Origin: an uncultured beta proteobacterium
GTDB lineage: Bacteria > Pseudomonadota > Gammaproteobacteria > Burkholderiales > SG8-39
Length of the DNA stretch: 64,000 bases
NCBI GenBank assembly: GCA_963719995.1
Contig: CAVRDW010000001.1
Span: 259,770-323,769 of the forward strand
Reading direction: 5' to 3'
Shown: one piece after another, positions 1 through 10,698 of the stretch
How positions within the stretch are numbered: the first letter of the stretch is position 1
Layout of the letters: every line of letters begins with the position of its first letter
Translations under genes and position numbers: made by a program
Notes under the pieces: model-generated
The model's database searches: none
What the model saw: the letters and a program-made list of their open reading frames with translations, nothing else
Told to the model about the DNA's origin: nothing

Positions 1-186
1 CGCCTTGATATTGGCCACCGGAAACGCGGTCAGCACGCCGTCGGCGACCACCAGCAGGTACGGGCTCTTCAGGAAATCCTCAAGCCGCAGCTGCCTGGCG
101 GCGGCGTTGGCGGCCTGGTTGGGAAAGCCGAACGACACCTTGCTGCCATCGGTGAAGTGCACCGTGAGCGCACGGGTTGGCTCCAT
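1..186 (-). CDS. hypothetical protein, N-terminal part only (gene runs off the left edge)
   Basis: Own minus-strand translation: ATG at 186-184 preceded by AAGGAGA (complement of 191-197). Open to position 1: MEPTRALTVHFTDGSKVSFGFPNQAANAAARQLRLEDFLKSPYLLVVADGVLTAFPVANIKA. Absent from the ORF track because it has no stop inside the window. Confidence 0.5.
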   Translation of the reverse strand, partial: MEPTRALTVHFTDGSKVSFGFPNQAANAAARQLRLEDFLKSPYLLVVADGVLTAFPVANIKA

Positions 187-535
187 CGCGTCTCCTTCTT
201 GTTGCGCCGGAATAGCGCTGCGTCGGATTCTAGCGCGGTCGCCCAGTCAGCAAACGCTGCCTGCGCCGCGGCGATTCGCAGCCCGATTTCCTGCTGCGCA
301 TGACACGTGACGCGAGCGGGCGCTCCCTCGGCCTCAGGTTTGCAGCGCAGAGCCGGGTGTGCGCGCATGGCGATTGAGGAGCGCGCGCGGCGCATGTATG
401 AGCTTGAAGCAAGGGCGCACCGACAATGACGTTGCGGTCCCGATGAGTGCGCTGCCGCACATAAGCACCTGTTTTTCCTGGACTCCTTATACTTCCCGCA
501 CTCCGCTTTGGGCGGAGATGCCGAGTCGGGGAGTC

Positions 536-1246
536 ATGAGGGCAAGAGCACGCGTGAGTACCGGGAATCGGATTCTTGCGAATTTGCCGCGCACGGACCT
601 CGCGCGAATGATTCCGCATCTGGAACCCGTTGCGCTGACACTTGGAGAAGTGCTGTACGAACCCGGCGCCCTGATACGGCATTGCTATTTCCCGAACGAC
701 GGCGTCGTCTCGCTGCTCACCGTGGTGGCACCGCACAAGGCAGCGGAGGTCGGGATGGTTGGCGGCGAAGGCCTGGTGGGGACGTCCGCGGCCGTCGGCA
801 TCAAGGTGTCGCAGCTTCGCGCCGTGGTGCAAGGCGCCGGTTCGGCGATGCGGATGACGGCCGCGAGCCTGCGGAAGGAATTCGACGCGAGCATCTCGTT
901 GCATCGCGGGGTGCTGCGCTTCACGCACGCGCTGATGAGCCAGATCGCGCAGACCGCCGTCTGCAACCGTTTTCACAATGCGGAGAAGCGTCTAGCGCGC
1001 TGGCTGCTGGTGACCCGCGACCGCCTGGGCTCGGAAAACTTCCAGCTGACGCACCAGTTCCTGTCGATGATGATCGGGGTGCGCCGCGTCGGCGTGACCC
1101 ACGCGGCGGGCAGCCTCGCCAGGCGAAAGCTGATCACTTACAGCCGCGGCAATGTCCGCATACTGGACGTGAAGGGCCTCCAAGCCGCCTCGTGCGAATG
1201 CTATGGAGTGGTAAAGGCCATTTACGCGAGCACCTCCGGCGCCTGA
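536..1246 (+). CDS. Crp/Fnr-family transcriptional regulator (paralogue 1 of 4)
   Basis: ORF 359-1246. Effector-domain-like N-part and C-terminal HTH (MIGVRRVGVTHAAGSL). Shares TAVCNRFH and C-E-C-Y motifs with the paralogues at 23.7-28.7 kb. Start at 518 or 536 cannot be decided. Confidence 0.85.
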   Translation: MRARARVSTGNRILANLPRTDLARMIPHLEPVALTLGEVLYEPGALIRHCYFPNDGVVSLLTVVAPHKAAEVGMVGGEGLVGTSAAVGIKVSQLRAVVQGAGSAMRMTAASLRKEFDASISLHRGVLRFTHALMSQIAQTAVCNRFHNAEKRLARWLLVTRDRLGSENFQLTHQFLSMMIGVRRVGVTHAAGSLARRKLITYSRGNVRILDVKGLQAASCECYGVVKAIYASTSGA

Positions 1247-1314
1247 CCTGGCTTGGGCGGCGACTGCGGGAGAAGAAATGCCGGGCGCCGTCGGTGCGTG
1301 AGGAACGAAGCGGT

Positions 1315-1390
1315 TGGCTCCCCGACCAGGGCTCGAACCTGGGACCTGCGGATTAACAGTCCGTCGCTCTACCAACTGAGCTATCGGGGA
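1315..1390 (-). tRNA. tRNA-Asn (anticodon GTT)
   Basis: 76-nt cloverleaf read by hand on the minus strand: TCCCCGA acceptor, CTGTTAA anticodon loop, GGTTCGAGCCC T-arm, encoded CCA. Confidence 0.95.
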
Positions 1391-1449
1391 ATCGTGCGAG
1401 AGGCGGCATTCTAGAGATTTTTACGCGCCGCAGCAACGCAACGACCGTC

Positions 1450-2538
1450 TCAACCCGGCAGCAGGTAGAGGGTGATCGCGAACACGGAATAGACGGCCAG
1501 CAGTTGCACGCCGTTGAACCAGGCCGATTTGCCGGAGATCGCCACCAGCGCGGCGGTGAGCATGCTGATGAACACGGTCAGCACCTGCCCCGGCGTGAAG
1601 CTCAGGTCCATGGGCGCAGGCGCCACTACGTAGCTCAGGAGCGCGAGCACGGGCGCGACGAACAGCGCGATCTGCGCCGCGCTGCCCATGGCGATGCCCA
1701 CGCTGAGGTCGAGGCGGTTCTTGCGGGCTGCTGAAATCGCAGTCATGGACTCGGCCGCGCCGCCAACCAGCGCCACGACCACGAAGCCCACGAACGCCGG
1801 CGACATACCGAGCGTCAGCGCTGCTTGTTGCACGGATTCGACGAAAACCTCGCTCACCAGCGCGATGAGCAACGTGGCGCCCGCGAGGCCCGCGATCGCC
1901 ACGCCGAGCGGCCAGGGCTTGTCTTCGCCTTCCGCGGCATGGTCCTTGCCTGCGAAGAACTCGCGATGCGTGACGAGCGAGAACAGCAGGCCCAGCGCAT
2001 AGATGGTAATCAGCAGGATCGACAGGCCGATGCTCAGGTGGGACATGAATTCCGGCGCCTCGATGCCCCTGGCCCCGACGAGCGCCGAAGGCACGATCAG
2101 CGTCACCGTGGCGAGCATCAGCATGTTGACCTGCAGGCGCGCGCCGAGCGGGTTGTATTCCTGAACGCGGTGGCGCAAGCCGCCGAGCAACAGCGCCGCT
2201 CCGAGCATGAACAGGGTGTTGGCCACGATGGCGCCCGCAATGGATGCCTTGACCAGTTCGAACATGCCCGCGCGCAGGGCCGTGATGGCGATCACCAGCT
2301 CGGTGAGGTTGCCGAGGGTGGCGTTGAGCAGGCCGCCGATGGCGTCGCCGGTCTTCGAGGCGACGGCCTCGGTCGAATGGCTGAGCAGGGCGGCGAGCGG
2401 CACGATGGCCGCGACGGAAAGGAAGAACAGCAGCGTGTGCGACTTCGGCGCCAGGTGCTCCGCGATGAGCACGACCGGCGCCAGCACCAGCAGCCAGAAG
2501 ATGGGCGTCTTGCGCATTTCCTGCAGGATTCGGTTCAT
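1450..2538 (-). CDS. cax: calcium/proton exchanger (CaCA/CAX family)
   Basis: Intact 362-aa ORF, polytopic. Paired alpha-repeat motifs (GNLTELVIAI... and GSAAQIALFVAP...) are typical of bacterial Ca2+/H+ antiporters. Confidence 0.85.
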   Translation of the reverse strand: MNRILQEMRKTPIFWLLVLAPVVLIAEHLAPKSHTLLFFLSVAAIVPLAALLSHSTEAVASKTGDAIGGLLNATLGNLTELVIAITALRAGMFELVKASIAGAIVANTLFMLGAALLLGGLRHRVQEYNPLGARLQVNMLMLATVTLIVPSALVGARGIEAPEFMSHLSIGLSILLITIYALGLLFSLVTHREFFAGKDHAAEGEDKPWPLGVAIAGLAGATLLIALVSEVFVESVQQAALTLGMSPAFVGFVVVALVGGAAESMTAISAARKNRLDLSVGIAMGSAAQIALFVAPVLALLSYVVAPAPMDLSFTPGQVLTVFISMLTAALVAISGKSAWFNGVQLLAVYSVFAITLYLLPG

Positions 2539-2544
2539 GTCGGC

Positions 2545-4131
2545 CTAGAGTTGCGATTCGATCGGCAACCAGGACAGGAGGCCCGCCCCGAGCCGGCGCC
2601 AGAAGCTCGCACCGGGGTCGCTGTCGTAGCGTATCTCGCGTCCGTCTTCCAGCGCGATCCATTCTACGCGCCTGCCGGAGCCCGCTGCGTCCCCCGGCGC
2701 CAGCGCCAAACGATAGGCCGAGCCGCGCAGATCGGCATCGAGCCGCTGCACAAAGGCGCGCGCCATCTCGGGCATCTCGAGGATGACGCCGATCTCGGTG
2801 TTCAGGAACAACGAGCGCGGATCGAGGTTCATCGAACCGACGAACAGGGTGCGCCGGTCGGCGACGAAGGTCTTGGCATGCAGCGCCGCGCGCGAGGACC
2901 CGCTCACGCCATGCGCCGTGTCGGTGCGCTTGGCCGCCGCATCCTGTTTCTGGGCCGCGCCCGGCTTGAGCTCATAGAGCTCGACGCCCGCCTCGAGCAG
3001 GGGCTTGCGATAGCGCTGGTAGCCGGAATGCACCGAGACGACGTCCGTCGAGGCGAGCGAGTTGGTGATGATCCGCACCTTCACGCCGCGCTGGCGCAGC
3101 CGCCGCAGGGACTCCACGCCTTCCTTGCCGGGCACGAAGTAGGGCGACAGCACCAGCAGTTCCGATTCGGGCGGCGCCACTTCGCTGCGCAGCCTGGACT
3201 GCAGGTGGGTTGCCTGCTGCGTCGGAGCGGACTCGATCTTCTGCGGATCGTCGAACACCATGCGGGCATCGCCCCAGAAGTACTCCACGGCGTAGGCGCG
3301 CAGCCGCGCCGCGAGCGGGCTCCTGAGCAGGGCTTGTGCGTACGGCCCGTCCTTCTGCGATTCGACGAACGCGTGGAGCGCCGCGCGCGCCTGCGCGACC
3401 GCCTGCGCGTCCGGCTGGCCGCGTGCGAGCGCCTCGATCGGGTAGACCATGGCGCTGTTCCAGTACAGGTCGAATGCCCCGGATACCTGCGCCACCACCG
3501 GCCCGACCGCGACGACGTCGAAGTCGCGCATCTCCACGTCCTCGCGCGCCGCGAAGTACTCGTCGCCGATGTTGCGGCCGCCGACAATGCCCATCTGGTT
3601 GTCGGCGGTGAACGACTTGTTGTGCATGCGGCGGTTCGTGCGCTCGAATTCGGCGAGCAAGCCGAGGGTGCGCGCGCCGCGCATCGCCAGGGGGTTGAAC
3701 AGGCGCACCTCGACGTTGGGATGGGCGTCGATCATGAGCAGGTCGGCGTCCTTGGCGGCGGTGCCGACGTCGTCGAGCAGCAGGCGCACGCGCACGCCGC
3801 GATCAGCCGCGCGCAGCAGCGCGTCGACCAGAAGCTTGCCACTGACATCGCCATGCCAGATGTAGTACTGGAGGTCGAGGCTGCGTTCAGCGGCCTCGGT
3901 GAGCACGACGCGGGCGACGAACGCGTCGAGTCCGCTCGCCAGGGGGAAGGAGCCCGAGCGCGGCGCGTGCCGCGCAAGCAGCGGGGCGAGCGCATGCGCG
4001 AGACGCGTGTTTCCCGTGTCGCTCAGCGCGTAGCTTTCTTTGCGCGGATAGTCCGTCGGCAGGTTCATGCAGCTGGCCAGAGCGGCGCTGAGCAACAGGC
4101 AGGTCAATCCATGCTGCGCGTTGCGGAGCAT
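2545..4131 (-). CDS. phospholipase D-family lipoprotein (two HKD motifs)
   Basis: Intact 528-aa ORF. Lipobox LSAALASC. Two HxKxxxxD motifs (HNKSFTADN and HAKTFVADR). Confidence 0.85.
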   Translation of the reverse strand: MLRNAQHGLTCLLLSAALASCMNLPTDYPRKESYALSDTGNTRLAHALAPLLARHAPRSGSFPLASGLDAFVARVVLTEAAERSLDLQYYIWHGDVSGKLLVDALLRAADRGVRVRLLLDDVGTAAKDADLLMIDAHPNVEVRLFNPLAMRGARTLGLLAEFERTNRRMHNKSFTADNQMGIVGGRNIGDEYFAAREDVEMRDFDVVAVGPVVAQVSGAFDLYWNSAMVYPIEALARGQPDAQAVAQARAALHAFVESQKDGPYAQALLRSPLAARLRAYAVEYFWGDARMVFDDPQKIESAPTQQATHLQSRLRSEVAPPESELLVLSPYFVPGKEGVESLRRLRQRGVKVRIITNSLASTDVVSVHSGYQRYRKPLLEAGVELYELKPGAAQKQDAAAKRTDTAHGVSGSSRAALHAKTFVADRRTLFVGSMNLDPRSLFLNTEIGVILEMPEMARAFVQRLDADLRGSAYRLALAPGDAAGSGRRVEWIALEDGREIRYDSDPGASFWRRLGAGLLSWLPIESQL

Positions 4132-4190
4132 CGGCGCAACTATAGCGCCTGAGCCGCTATACTGTGGCGGCCAATCGCGCCCGTCCGTCC

Positions 4191-4851
4191 ATGAGCCACC
4201 AGCCAGAAGACGTTGCTGCGGCCGTCCTCTCGCCGTTCGAGCGCGGGGCCGAGGTCATCTTCGGCATCCTGATGGCGATCTCGGTGACGGCTGCGGCGGG
4301 GATCACCTCTGGCGGAGACGCCGATGCGCGCACGCTGATGATCGCGGCGCTCGGCTGCAATCTGGCATGGGGGCTCATCGATGGCGTGATCTACCTGCTG
4401 CAGCTGCAGTTCGAGCGCCATCGCGTGCACCGCATGGTCCTGGAGCTGCGCGAGCTCAAGGCCGAGGAGGCGTTCCGCGCAGCGCGTCGCGGCCGAGGTG
4501 CCGCCGCTCGTCGCGCAGGCCATGACTGCCGATTCCTACGCCTACATCCGCCGGGCCGCGCAGGCCTACGCGCGCCGGAGGCCCGCATTCTGGTCGCGCC
4601 AGGAAGTTGCAGCCGCAGGGCTCATCTGCGCGCTGGTCTTCGGCTCCACGTTTCCCCTCGTGGTGCCCTTCATGGTGATGCAGGATCCCGTACTGGCGCT
4701 GCGTGCGTCGCATGCGATCGCCGTGGCCATGCTGTTCTTCCTCGGCTGGAAGCTTGGACGCTGGTCCGGGGCTTCGCCCCTCGGGTCGGGCGCGTTGCTC
4801 GCCATGGGCGGCGTCGTGCTCGCCGTCCTGTGCGTGGCGCTGGGCGGATGA
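4191..4851 (+). CDS. VIT1/CCC1-like membrane protein, reading frame interrupted once
   Basis: N-part lies in the frame of ORF 4164-6050 (MSHQPEDVAAAVLSPFERGAEVIFGILMAISV...). C-part is ORF 4498-4851 (hydrophobic helices, ...FFLGWKLGRWSG...). The frames join near 4478. The family call is pattern memory only. Confidence 0.5.
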
Positions 4852-6050
4852 AAGCGGCGCTCGCGCTGCTGCTTGCCCTGGGGGCGGCGGGCGCTGCGCG
4901 GAGCGAAGGCGACACGATGGAACGGGGCGCGCAGGCCGATGCGAGCATCGGGGAGCGCCTCAAGGCGAGTGCGCGCACCATAGAGGGCACGGATACCCGC
5001 TACCTCATCGCCGGATACCTTCAGCTCGATGGGCTCTGGACCCGCCGCGAGTTGGGCGGGGACGAGAAGGATACCTTTCTCGCCTCGGCGATCCCGTTCG
5101 GCGCCGCGGACCAGGACACGCGCCTCGGTGTCCGTGCCTCCCAGTTCAACGCCATCGCGCATACGCCCACGCCATGGGGCGGCTTCACGGCGCATGCGCA
5201 AGCGGACCTCTTCGCCTACGACGAGGGGACGAAGCTGAATCTCACCCAGCTCGCGCTGCACTTCGGCGAATGGCTGAAGGTGGGCAAGACCTACACGACG
5301 TTCATGGACGACACCGCCTGGCCCTCCACGCTCGACTACAACGGTCCGAGCGGCGCCGTGTTCGTGCGCCAGTTCGTCGTGCGCGGCGGCGTGCCGATCG
5401 GCGAGGGACTGCGGCTCGAGGCGGCCCTCGAAGATCCCCAGGCGGATGCGCAGGCGGGCGGACCGAATTTCAGCGCCTCGGCGAGCGCCGAGCGTCCCGA
5501 CATCGTGGCACGGCTGCGTTACGAGGGCGAGCGGCTGCACGCGCAGATTGCCGGCCTCTCGCGCTCGGTGACCTACTCGGCGCAGCTCGCGTCGCTCGCA
5601 AGCGTGCGCCGGACCATTTCGGGCTACGGCGTCAGTGCCTCGGCGGCGCTGCAAATCGGCGAAGGCGACCGGCTGCTCGTGCAGTGGAACGAGGGCGAGG
5701 CGATCGGCCGCTATTTCAACGACGGCCTGAGCAGCCTCGGCGCGGTCTACGACGCCGGCGGCTCCCTCGAGCCACTCAAGCTCACGGGCGCGTATCTCTA
5801 CTACGAGCGCACGTGGGCCGAGCGCTGGACCACGACAGCCGGGGTGAGCGCGCTGCGCACGCGCAGTGAAGGCCTGCGGCCAGCTGCCGATCTCCAGCGC
5901 ATCGAGTATGTGTCGGCGAACCTCGTGCACCGGTTGCGCACGAACCTCTTTCTCGGTGCGGAGGCCCTGTGGGGCAGGGCGGAGCGCGTGGATGCGACGC
6001 GGGCGGACGACAGCCGCATCCAGCTTACGGCCCGGTACTACCTCTATTAG
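4848..6050 (+). CDS. outer-membrane beta-barrel protein (DcaP-like porin family candidate)
   Basis: ATG 4848 overlaps the upstream TGA (ATGA). Signal peptide MKAALALLLALGAAGAARS. Alternating amphipathic strands and a C-terminal ...LTARYYLY. The 628-aa track ORF is this gene read through from the upstream out-of-frame tail. Confidence 0.7.
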   Translation: MKAALALLLALGAAGAARSEGDTMERGAQADASIGERLKASARTIEGTDTRYLIAGYLQLDGLWTRRELGGDEKDTFLASAIPFGAADQDTRLGVRASQFNAIAHTPTPWGGFTAHAQADLFAYDEGTKLNLTQLALHFGEWLKVGKTYTTFMDDTAWPSTLDYNGPSGAVFVRQFVVRGGVPIGEGLRLEAALEDPQADAQAGGPNFSASASAERPDIVARLRYEGERLHAQIAGLSRSVTYSAQLASLASVRRTISGYGVSASAALQIGEGDRLLVQWNEGEAIGRYFNDGLSSLGAVYDAGGSLEPLKLTGAYLYYERTWAERWTTTAGVSALRTRSEGLRPAADLQRIEYVSANLVHRLRTNLFLGAEALWGRAERVDATRADDSRIQLTARYYLY

Positions 6051-6095
6051 GGCCGCTTGCCGAGCGTCTCGCGGGCGGCGCGGGGCGGCCGGCGC

Positions 6096-7313
6096 TCAGC
6101 GCAGCACGCGCGCGATCGCCTCGGCCACGTAGTCGATGTTCTTCGCGTTGAGCGCGGCGACGCAGATGCGCCCGGTCTCGATCGCGTAGATGGAATACTC
6201 CGCGCGCAGGCGCTCGACCTGCGCCTTGGTCAGGCCGGTGTAGGAGAACAGGCCGTTCTGGCGCAGCACGAAGGACCAGTCGGCGCCCGGCACGCGCTTG
6301 CCGATGCCGTCGACGAGCGCCTTGCGCATCGCCTTGATGCGCTCGCGCATGCCGCCGAGCTCCTGCTCCCACAGCGCGCGCAGCTCGGGCGTGGTGAGCA
6401 CGCGCGCGACGATGTCGCTGCCGTGCGTCGGCGGGTTCGAGTAGTTGGCGCGCACGATGCGCTTGACCTGCGAGAGCGCGCGCGCCGCCTCGTCGGCGCT
6501 GCCGGCCACCAGGCTGAAGGCGCCCACGCGCTCGCCGTAGAGCGAGAGCGACTTGGAGAAGGAGCTCGACAGGAACACGGGCGACGTGGCGCCCGCGAAC
6601 AGGCGTGCCGCGTAGGCGTCGGCATCGATGCCGTCGCCGAAGCCCTGGTAGGCGAGATCGAGGAACGGCACCAGGCCGCGCGCGCGCACCACGGCCAGCA
6701 CCTTCTGCCATTGCTCCGGCGCGAGGTCGACGCCGGTCGGGTTGTGGCAGCAGCTGTGCAGCACGACGATGTCCCCCGCCGGCAGCCCCTGGAGCGCGGC
6801 CAGCATCGGCTCGAAGCGCAGTCCGCGCGTGGCCGGGTCGAAGTAGGGGTAGGTGCCGACCTTGAAGCCGGCGCCCTCGAAGAGCGCGCGGTGGTTCTCC
6901 CAGCTCGGCTCGCTGATCCAGACCTGGGCGCCCGGCGAGAGCAGCCTGAGGAAGTCGGCGCCGATCTTGAGGCCGCCGGTGCCGCCGAGCGCCTGCACCG
7001 TGATGGCGCGCTTGTCCTTCAGCGCCGGGGCGTCCGCACCGAACACGAGCGCCTGCACGGCCTGGTCGTAGGCTGCAGTCCGTCGATCGGCAGGTACGGC
7101 TTGGGCGCGCCCGACTGCACGCGCTGCTGCTCGGCGCGCCGCACGCACTCCAGCAGCGGCACCTTGCCGTTCGTCGTCGTAATACACGCCCACGCCGAGG
7201 TTCACCTTGCCCGGGTTCTGGTCCGCGACAAAGAGCTCGGTGATGCCGAGGATCGGATCCTTCGGCGCCATCGGCACCGCGGCGAGGAGGGAGGGGGAGT
7301 GAGGCGCGTTCAT
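6096..7313 (-). CDS. class-I aspartate/aromatic-amino-acid aminotransferase, with a garbled about 30-aa stretch
   Basis: [24 protein letters not shown]..., [16 protein letters not shown] (PLP-lysine region), NYSNPP. A +1/-1 indel pair at about 7172 and 7076 replaces the conserved ...[18 protein letters not shown]...PIDGL... segment, which is readable in the alternative frame. Confidence 0.85.
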   Translation of the reverse strand: MNAPHSPSLLAAVPMAPKDPILGITELFVADQNPGKVNLGVGVYYDDERQGAAAGVRAARRAAARAVGRAQAVPADRRTAAYDQAVQALVFGADAPALKDKRAITVQALGGTGGLKIGADFLRLLSPGAQVWISEPSWENHRALFEGAGFKVGTYPYFDPATRGLRFEPMLAALQGLPAGDIVVLHSCCHNPTGVDLAPEQWQKVLAVVRARGLVPFLDLAYQGFGDGIDADAYAARLFAGATSPVFLSSSFSKSLSLYGERVGAFSLVAGSADEAARALSQVKRIVRANYSNPPTHGSDIVARVLTTPELRALWEQELGGMRERIKAMRKALVDGIGKRVPGADWSFVLRQNGLFSYTGLTKAQVERLRAEYSIYAIETGRICVAALNAKNIDYVAEAIARVLR

Positions 7314-7314
7314 C

Positions 7315-9388
7315 GTGCTAGCATCGATCGTTTCTCCAGGCGAAATTCTACCCGTGGCGGCGACTTTCCCCAACAGCCCGTACCGGCTGCACCAGCCGTT
7401 CGCGCCGTCGGGCGACCAGCCGGAGGCGATCGAGCAGCTCGTCGAGGGGATGCGCGACGGCCTCGCCTTCCAGACGCTGCTCGGCGTCACCGGCTCGGGC
7501 AAGACCTACACCATGGCCAACGTCATCGCGCAGCTGGGGCGGCCGGCGCTGGTGCTGGCGCCGAACAAGACGCTGGCGGCGCAGCTCTACTCGCGAGTTC
7601 CGCGAGTTCTTCCCCGAGAACGCGGTCGAGTACTTCGTCTCCTACTACGACTACTACCAGCCCGAGGCCTACGTGCCGGCGCGGGACCTGTACATCGAGA
7701 AGGATTCCTCGATCAACGAGCACATCGAGCAGATGCGCCTGTCGGCCACCAAGTCGCTGCTCGAGCGGCGCGACTGCGTGATCGTGGCCACGGTGTCGGC
7801 GATCTACGGCATCGGCGACCCCTCCGAGTACCACGGCATGATCCTGCACCTGCGCCAGGGCGAGAAGAGCTCGCCAGCGCGACGTGATCGCGCGGCTGGT
7901 GGCGATGCAGTACGAGCGCAACGAGCTCGATTTCCGCCGCGGCACCTTCCGCGTGCGCGGCGACGTGATCGACGTCTTCCCCGCGGAGCACGCCGAGCAC
8001 GCGGTGCGCATCACGCTGGCCGAGGACGAGATCGAGCAGCTGCAGATCTTCGATCCCGCTGACCGGGCGCGTGCTGCACGCGCTGCGCGCGCTTCACGGT
8101 GTACCCGTCGAGCCACTACGTGACGCCGCGCGAGACGACCTTGCGCGCCATCGAGGCGATCAAGGCCGAGCTGCGCGAGCGCATCGAGTTCTTCCAGAAA
8201 GCCGGCCGCCTGGTGGAGGCGCAGCGGATCGAGCAGCGCACGCGCTTCGACCTGGAGATGCTCGTCGAGCTGGGCTTCTGCAAGGGCATCGAGAACTATT
8301 CGCGCCACCTCTCCGGCCGCAAGGCGGGCGAGCCGCCGCCGACGCTGATCGACTACCTGCCGCCGGACGCGCTGATGTTCATCGACGAGAGCCACGTCAC
8401 CATCGGCCAGCTCGGCGGCATGTACAAGGGCGACCGCTCGCGCAAGGAGAACCTGGTCGAGTACGGCTTTCGCCTGCCCTCGGCGCTGGACAACCGGCCG
8501 CTGCGCTTCGACGAGTTCGAGCGGGTCGTGCGGCAGACGGTCTTCGTCTCTGCGACGCCCGGCGGACTACGAGCGCGGGAAGTCCGCGCAGGTGGTGGAG
8601 CAGGTGGTGCGCCCGACCGGGCTGGTCGACCCGCAGGTGAGGTGCGGCCCGCCGCGACGCAGGTGGACGACCTGATGTCGGAGATACACGACCGCGTGCA
8701 GAAGCACGAGCGCGTGCTGGTGACGACGCTGACCAAGCGCATGGCCGAGGAACTGACCGAGTACCTCGCCGAGCACGGCATCAAGGTGCGCTACCTGCAC
8801 TCGGAGGTCGACACGGTGGAGCGCGTCGAGATCATCCGCGACCTGCGCCTGGGCGAGTTCGACGTGCTGGTGGGCATCAACCTGCTGCGCGAGGGCCTCG
8901 ACCTGCCGGAAGTGTCGCTGGTGGCGATTCTCGACGCCGACAAGGAAGGGTTCCTGCGCTCGGAGCGCTCGCTGATCCAGACCATCGGCCGCGCGGCGCG
9001 CCACCTCAACGGCTCAGCCATCCTGTATGCCGACGTGATGACCGATTCCATGCGGCGGGCGATCGGCGAAACCGAGCGCCGGCGCAACAAGCAGCTCGCC
9101 TACAACGTGCAGCACAAGATCACGCCCATCGGCGTCACCAAGCGCATCAAGGACCTGATCGACGGCGTCTACGACGCGGAGGACGCTGCCACCGAGCGCA
9201 AGGCCGCGCAAGAGGAGGCGCGCTACGAGGCGATGAGCGAGAAGCAGGTCGCCCGCGAGATCCGCCGCCTCGAAAAGGACATGGTGGCGCATGCGCGCAA
9301 CCTCGAGTTCGAGAAGGCGGCGGCACTGCGCGACCGCCTCGCCGAGCTCAAGCGGCGCGTGTTCGGCGTCGCCCTGCAGTCGGAATAG
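7315..9388 (+). CDS. uvrB: excinuclease ABC subunit B, frame interrupted at least 6 times
   Basis: UvrB sequence hops between ORFs 7315-7887, 7673-8062, 7884-8123 and 8099-9388. Motifs include [49 protein letters not shown] and a C-terminal UVR domain. Start is GTG 7315 or GTG 7354. Confidence 0.9.
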
Positions 9389-9518
9389 CGCACGCTGGGT
9401 ACGCCAGCGCACAGTCCGGGCCGTGCCATTGTGGTTAGCGGGCCGCTGCCCCATACTCGGGCCGCGGCGGCATCCCGCTGGGAAAAAAGCGGGAGCCTGC
9501 GCGCACAAGGGGGGAACC

Positions 9519-10268
9519 GTGAAGGCGTGCGTGGCGGCAGTGCTCCTGCTCTTCGGCGCGAAATGTCTTGCCCAGGGCTATCCCGAGAGCGAAGCGGCGG
9601 CCGCGTGGCGCGCCCTCGCCTCGAGCTACGTGCGCCAGGCGCTCAAGGACCGCGCGGTGGACCGGGATCCCGCGTTGAACGCCCGCGTGGATGCCGTGAT
9701 GGCGGCGGTTGGCGCGGCGGTGGCCGCCGTCGATGCACGCTATGCCGGCGCCACCTGGAGGGCCATCCTGATCGAGGACTTCGGCCACGGCGCGGCGGCG
9801 TTCCCGGGGCAGACCATCCTCATGGACGCGAAATTCGTGCGGCGGCTGGAGCTCGGCGACGAGGAGCTGGCGCTGATCCTCGCCCACGAAGCGGCGCATG
9901 TCCTCGCCGGGCATGCCTTGGAGAAGCTCTCATTCATGGCGGAGGTCGTCGGGCGGGAGAAGGTGCCCACCGCGAGCCTGGCGTTGCGCGAGTTCCTCGC
10001 GCGGGACTCCTACGCCGTGGCGTTCCAACCGAAGGCGCGGCAGCAGGAGCGCGAGGCGGACCGGCTGGGGGCGGCGATCTTCTTTGCCGCCGGCTACGAT
10101 GCGCAGCGGGCCCTGGTGCTGTTCGACAAGCTGGCGCAGCTGGAAAGCGGCGAGGAGCGTCTCAATCCGGGGTCGCATGATTCCGCAGAGGCGCGCAAAC
10201 AGGCGATCGTGCAGGTCCTCGAGGAGCTGCAGCGGCTGCAGGCCAGCCGCGGCTCCGGGGAACGGTAG
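9519..10268 (+). CDS. M48-family zinc metalloprotease, secreted
   Basis: GTG 9519 after AAGGGGGGA. Signal peptide VKACVAAVLLLFGAKCLA. HEAAH plus downstream EREADRLG. Confidence 0.8.
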   Translation: MKACVAAVLLLFGAKCLAQGYPESEAAAAWRALASSYVRQALKDRAVDRDPALNARVDAVMAAVGAAVAAVDARYAGATWRAILIEDFGHGAAAFPGQTILMDAKFVRRLELGDEELALILAHEAAHVLAGHALEKLSFMAEVVGREKVPTASLALREFLARDSYAVAFQPKARQQEREADRLGAAIFFAAGYDAQRALVLFDKLAQLESGEERLNPGSHDSAEARKQAIVQVLEELQRLQASRGSGER

Positions 10269-10281
10269 AAACTGGCTGCGC

Positions 10282-10356
10282 TCAGCGCAGGCCGAGGAAC
10301 GACAGTAGCGCGAGGACGATGACGACCGCGCCGACGATGTAGACGATGCTGTTCAT
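10282..10356 (-). CDS. 24-aa single-helix membrane peptide
   Basis: Own translation: MNSIVYIVGAVVIVLALLSFLGLR, preceded by AAAGGA. Too short for the ORF track. This type of peptide recurs in proteobacteria in my memory, but I cannot name a family. Confidence 0.45.
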   Translation of the reverse strand: MNSIVYIVGAVVIVLALLSFLGLR

Positions 10357-10427
10357 GAGCTGGTCCTTTGTGTGAAGCCGTACTGTGTCACTTCCAGCCC
10401 CGGCGTTCGGTGCGACAGCGCGCACTG

Positions 10428-10682
10428 TCAGAGCTTTTGTGCGGTGGCGCGGCCTTCTGCGTTGACGAAAACCCGGTAGCGATTGCCGTCCTTGCAGATC
10501 GCGATGTGGTCGTTGTCGCCCTGTCGTTTGGCGCTGACCACTTCGCCGCATGGCATGGCCAGCAGCATGAGGACGGCGGTCAGGTCCTTCAGCAGCGCGG
10601 GGTCGTCTGCGGCCGGCACGGGCGCCGCGGCGAGCATGGCGAAAGGGAACAGCAGGGCCGCAGCCCGGGCTTTGATGGACAC
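10428..10682 (-). CDS. small secreted hypothetical protein
   Basis: ORF 10428-10712. GTG 10682 sits 7 nt after GAAGGAGA. Signal peptide VSIKARAAALLFPFAMLAAAPVPA. Two Cys in the mature part. Confidence 0.6.
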   Translation of the reverse strand: MSIKARAAALLFPFAMLAAAPVPAADDPALLKDLTAVLMLLAMPCGEVVSAKRQGDNDHIAICKDGNRYRVFVNAEGRATAQKL

Positions 10683-10698
10683 GACGCTTCTCCTTCGG

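Noticed and set aside
1825-4152. 775-aa plus-strand ORF, one of the longest in the track
   Set aside because: It runs antisense to the cax and PLD genes. It has Arg/Gly/Ala/His-rich low-complexity composition with no recognisable motif. This is the typical shadow ORF of a roughly 70% GC genome. The same reasoning applies to 58072-59523, 23825-25393, 15509-16621, 19990-21180, 30722-32026, 32244-33668 and 37296-38072, among others.
4164-6050. 628-aa ORF that looks like one large protein
   Set aside because: It is the VIT-like gene's N-part, then its out-of-frame tail, read straight into the separate porin-like gene. That gene has its own ATG (4848) and signal peptide.
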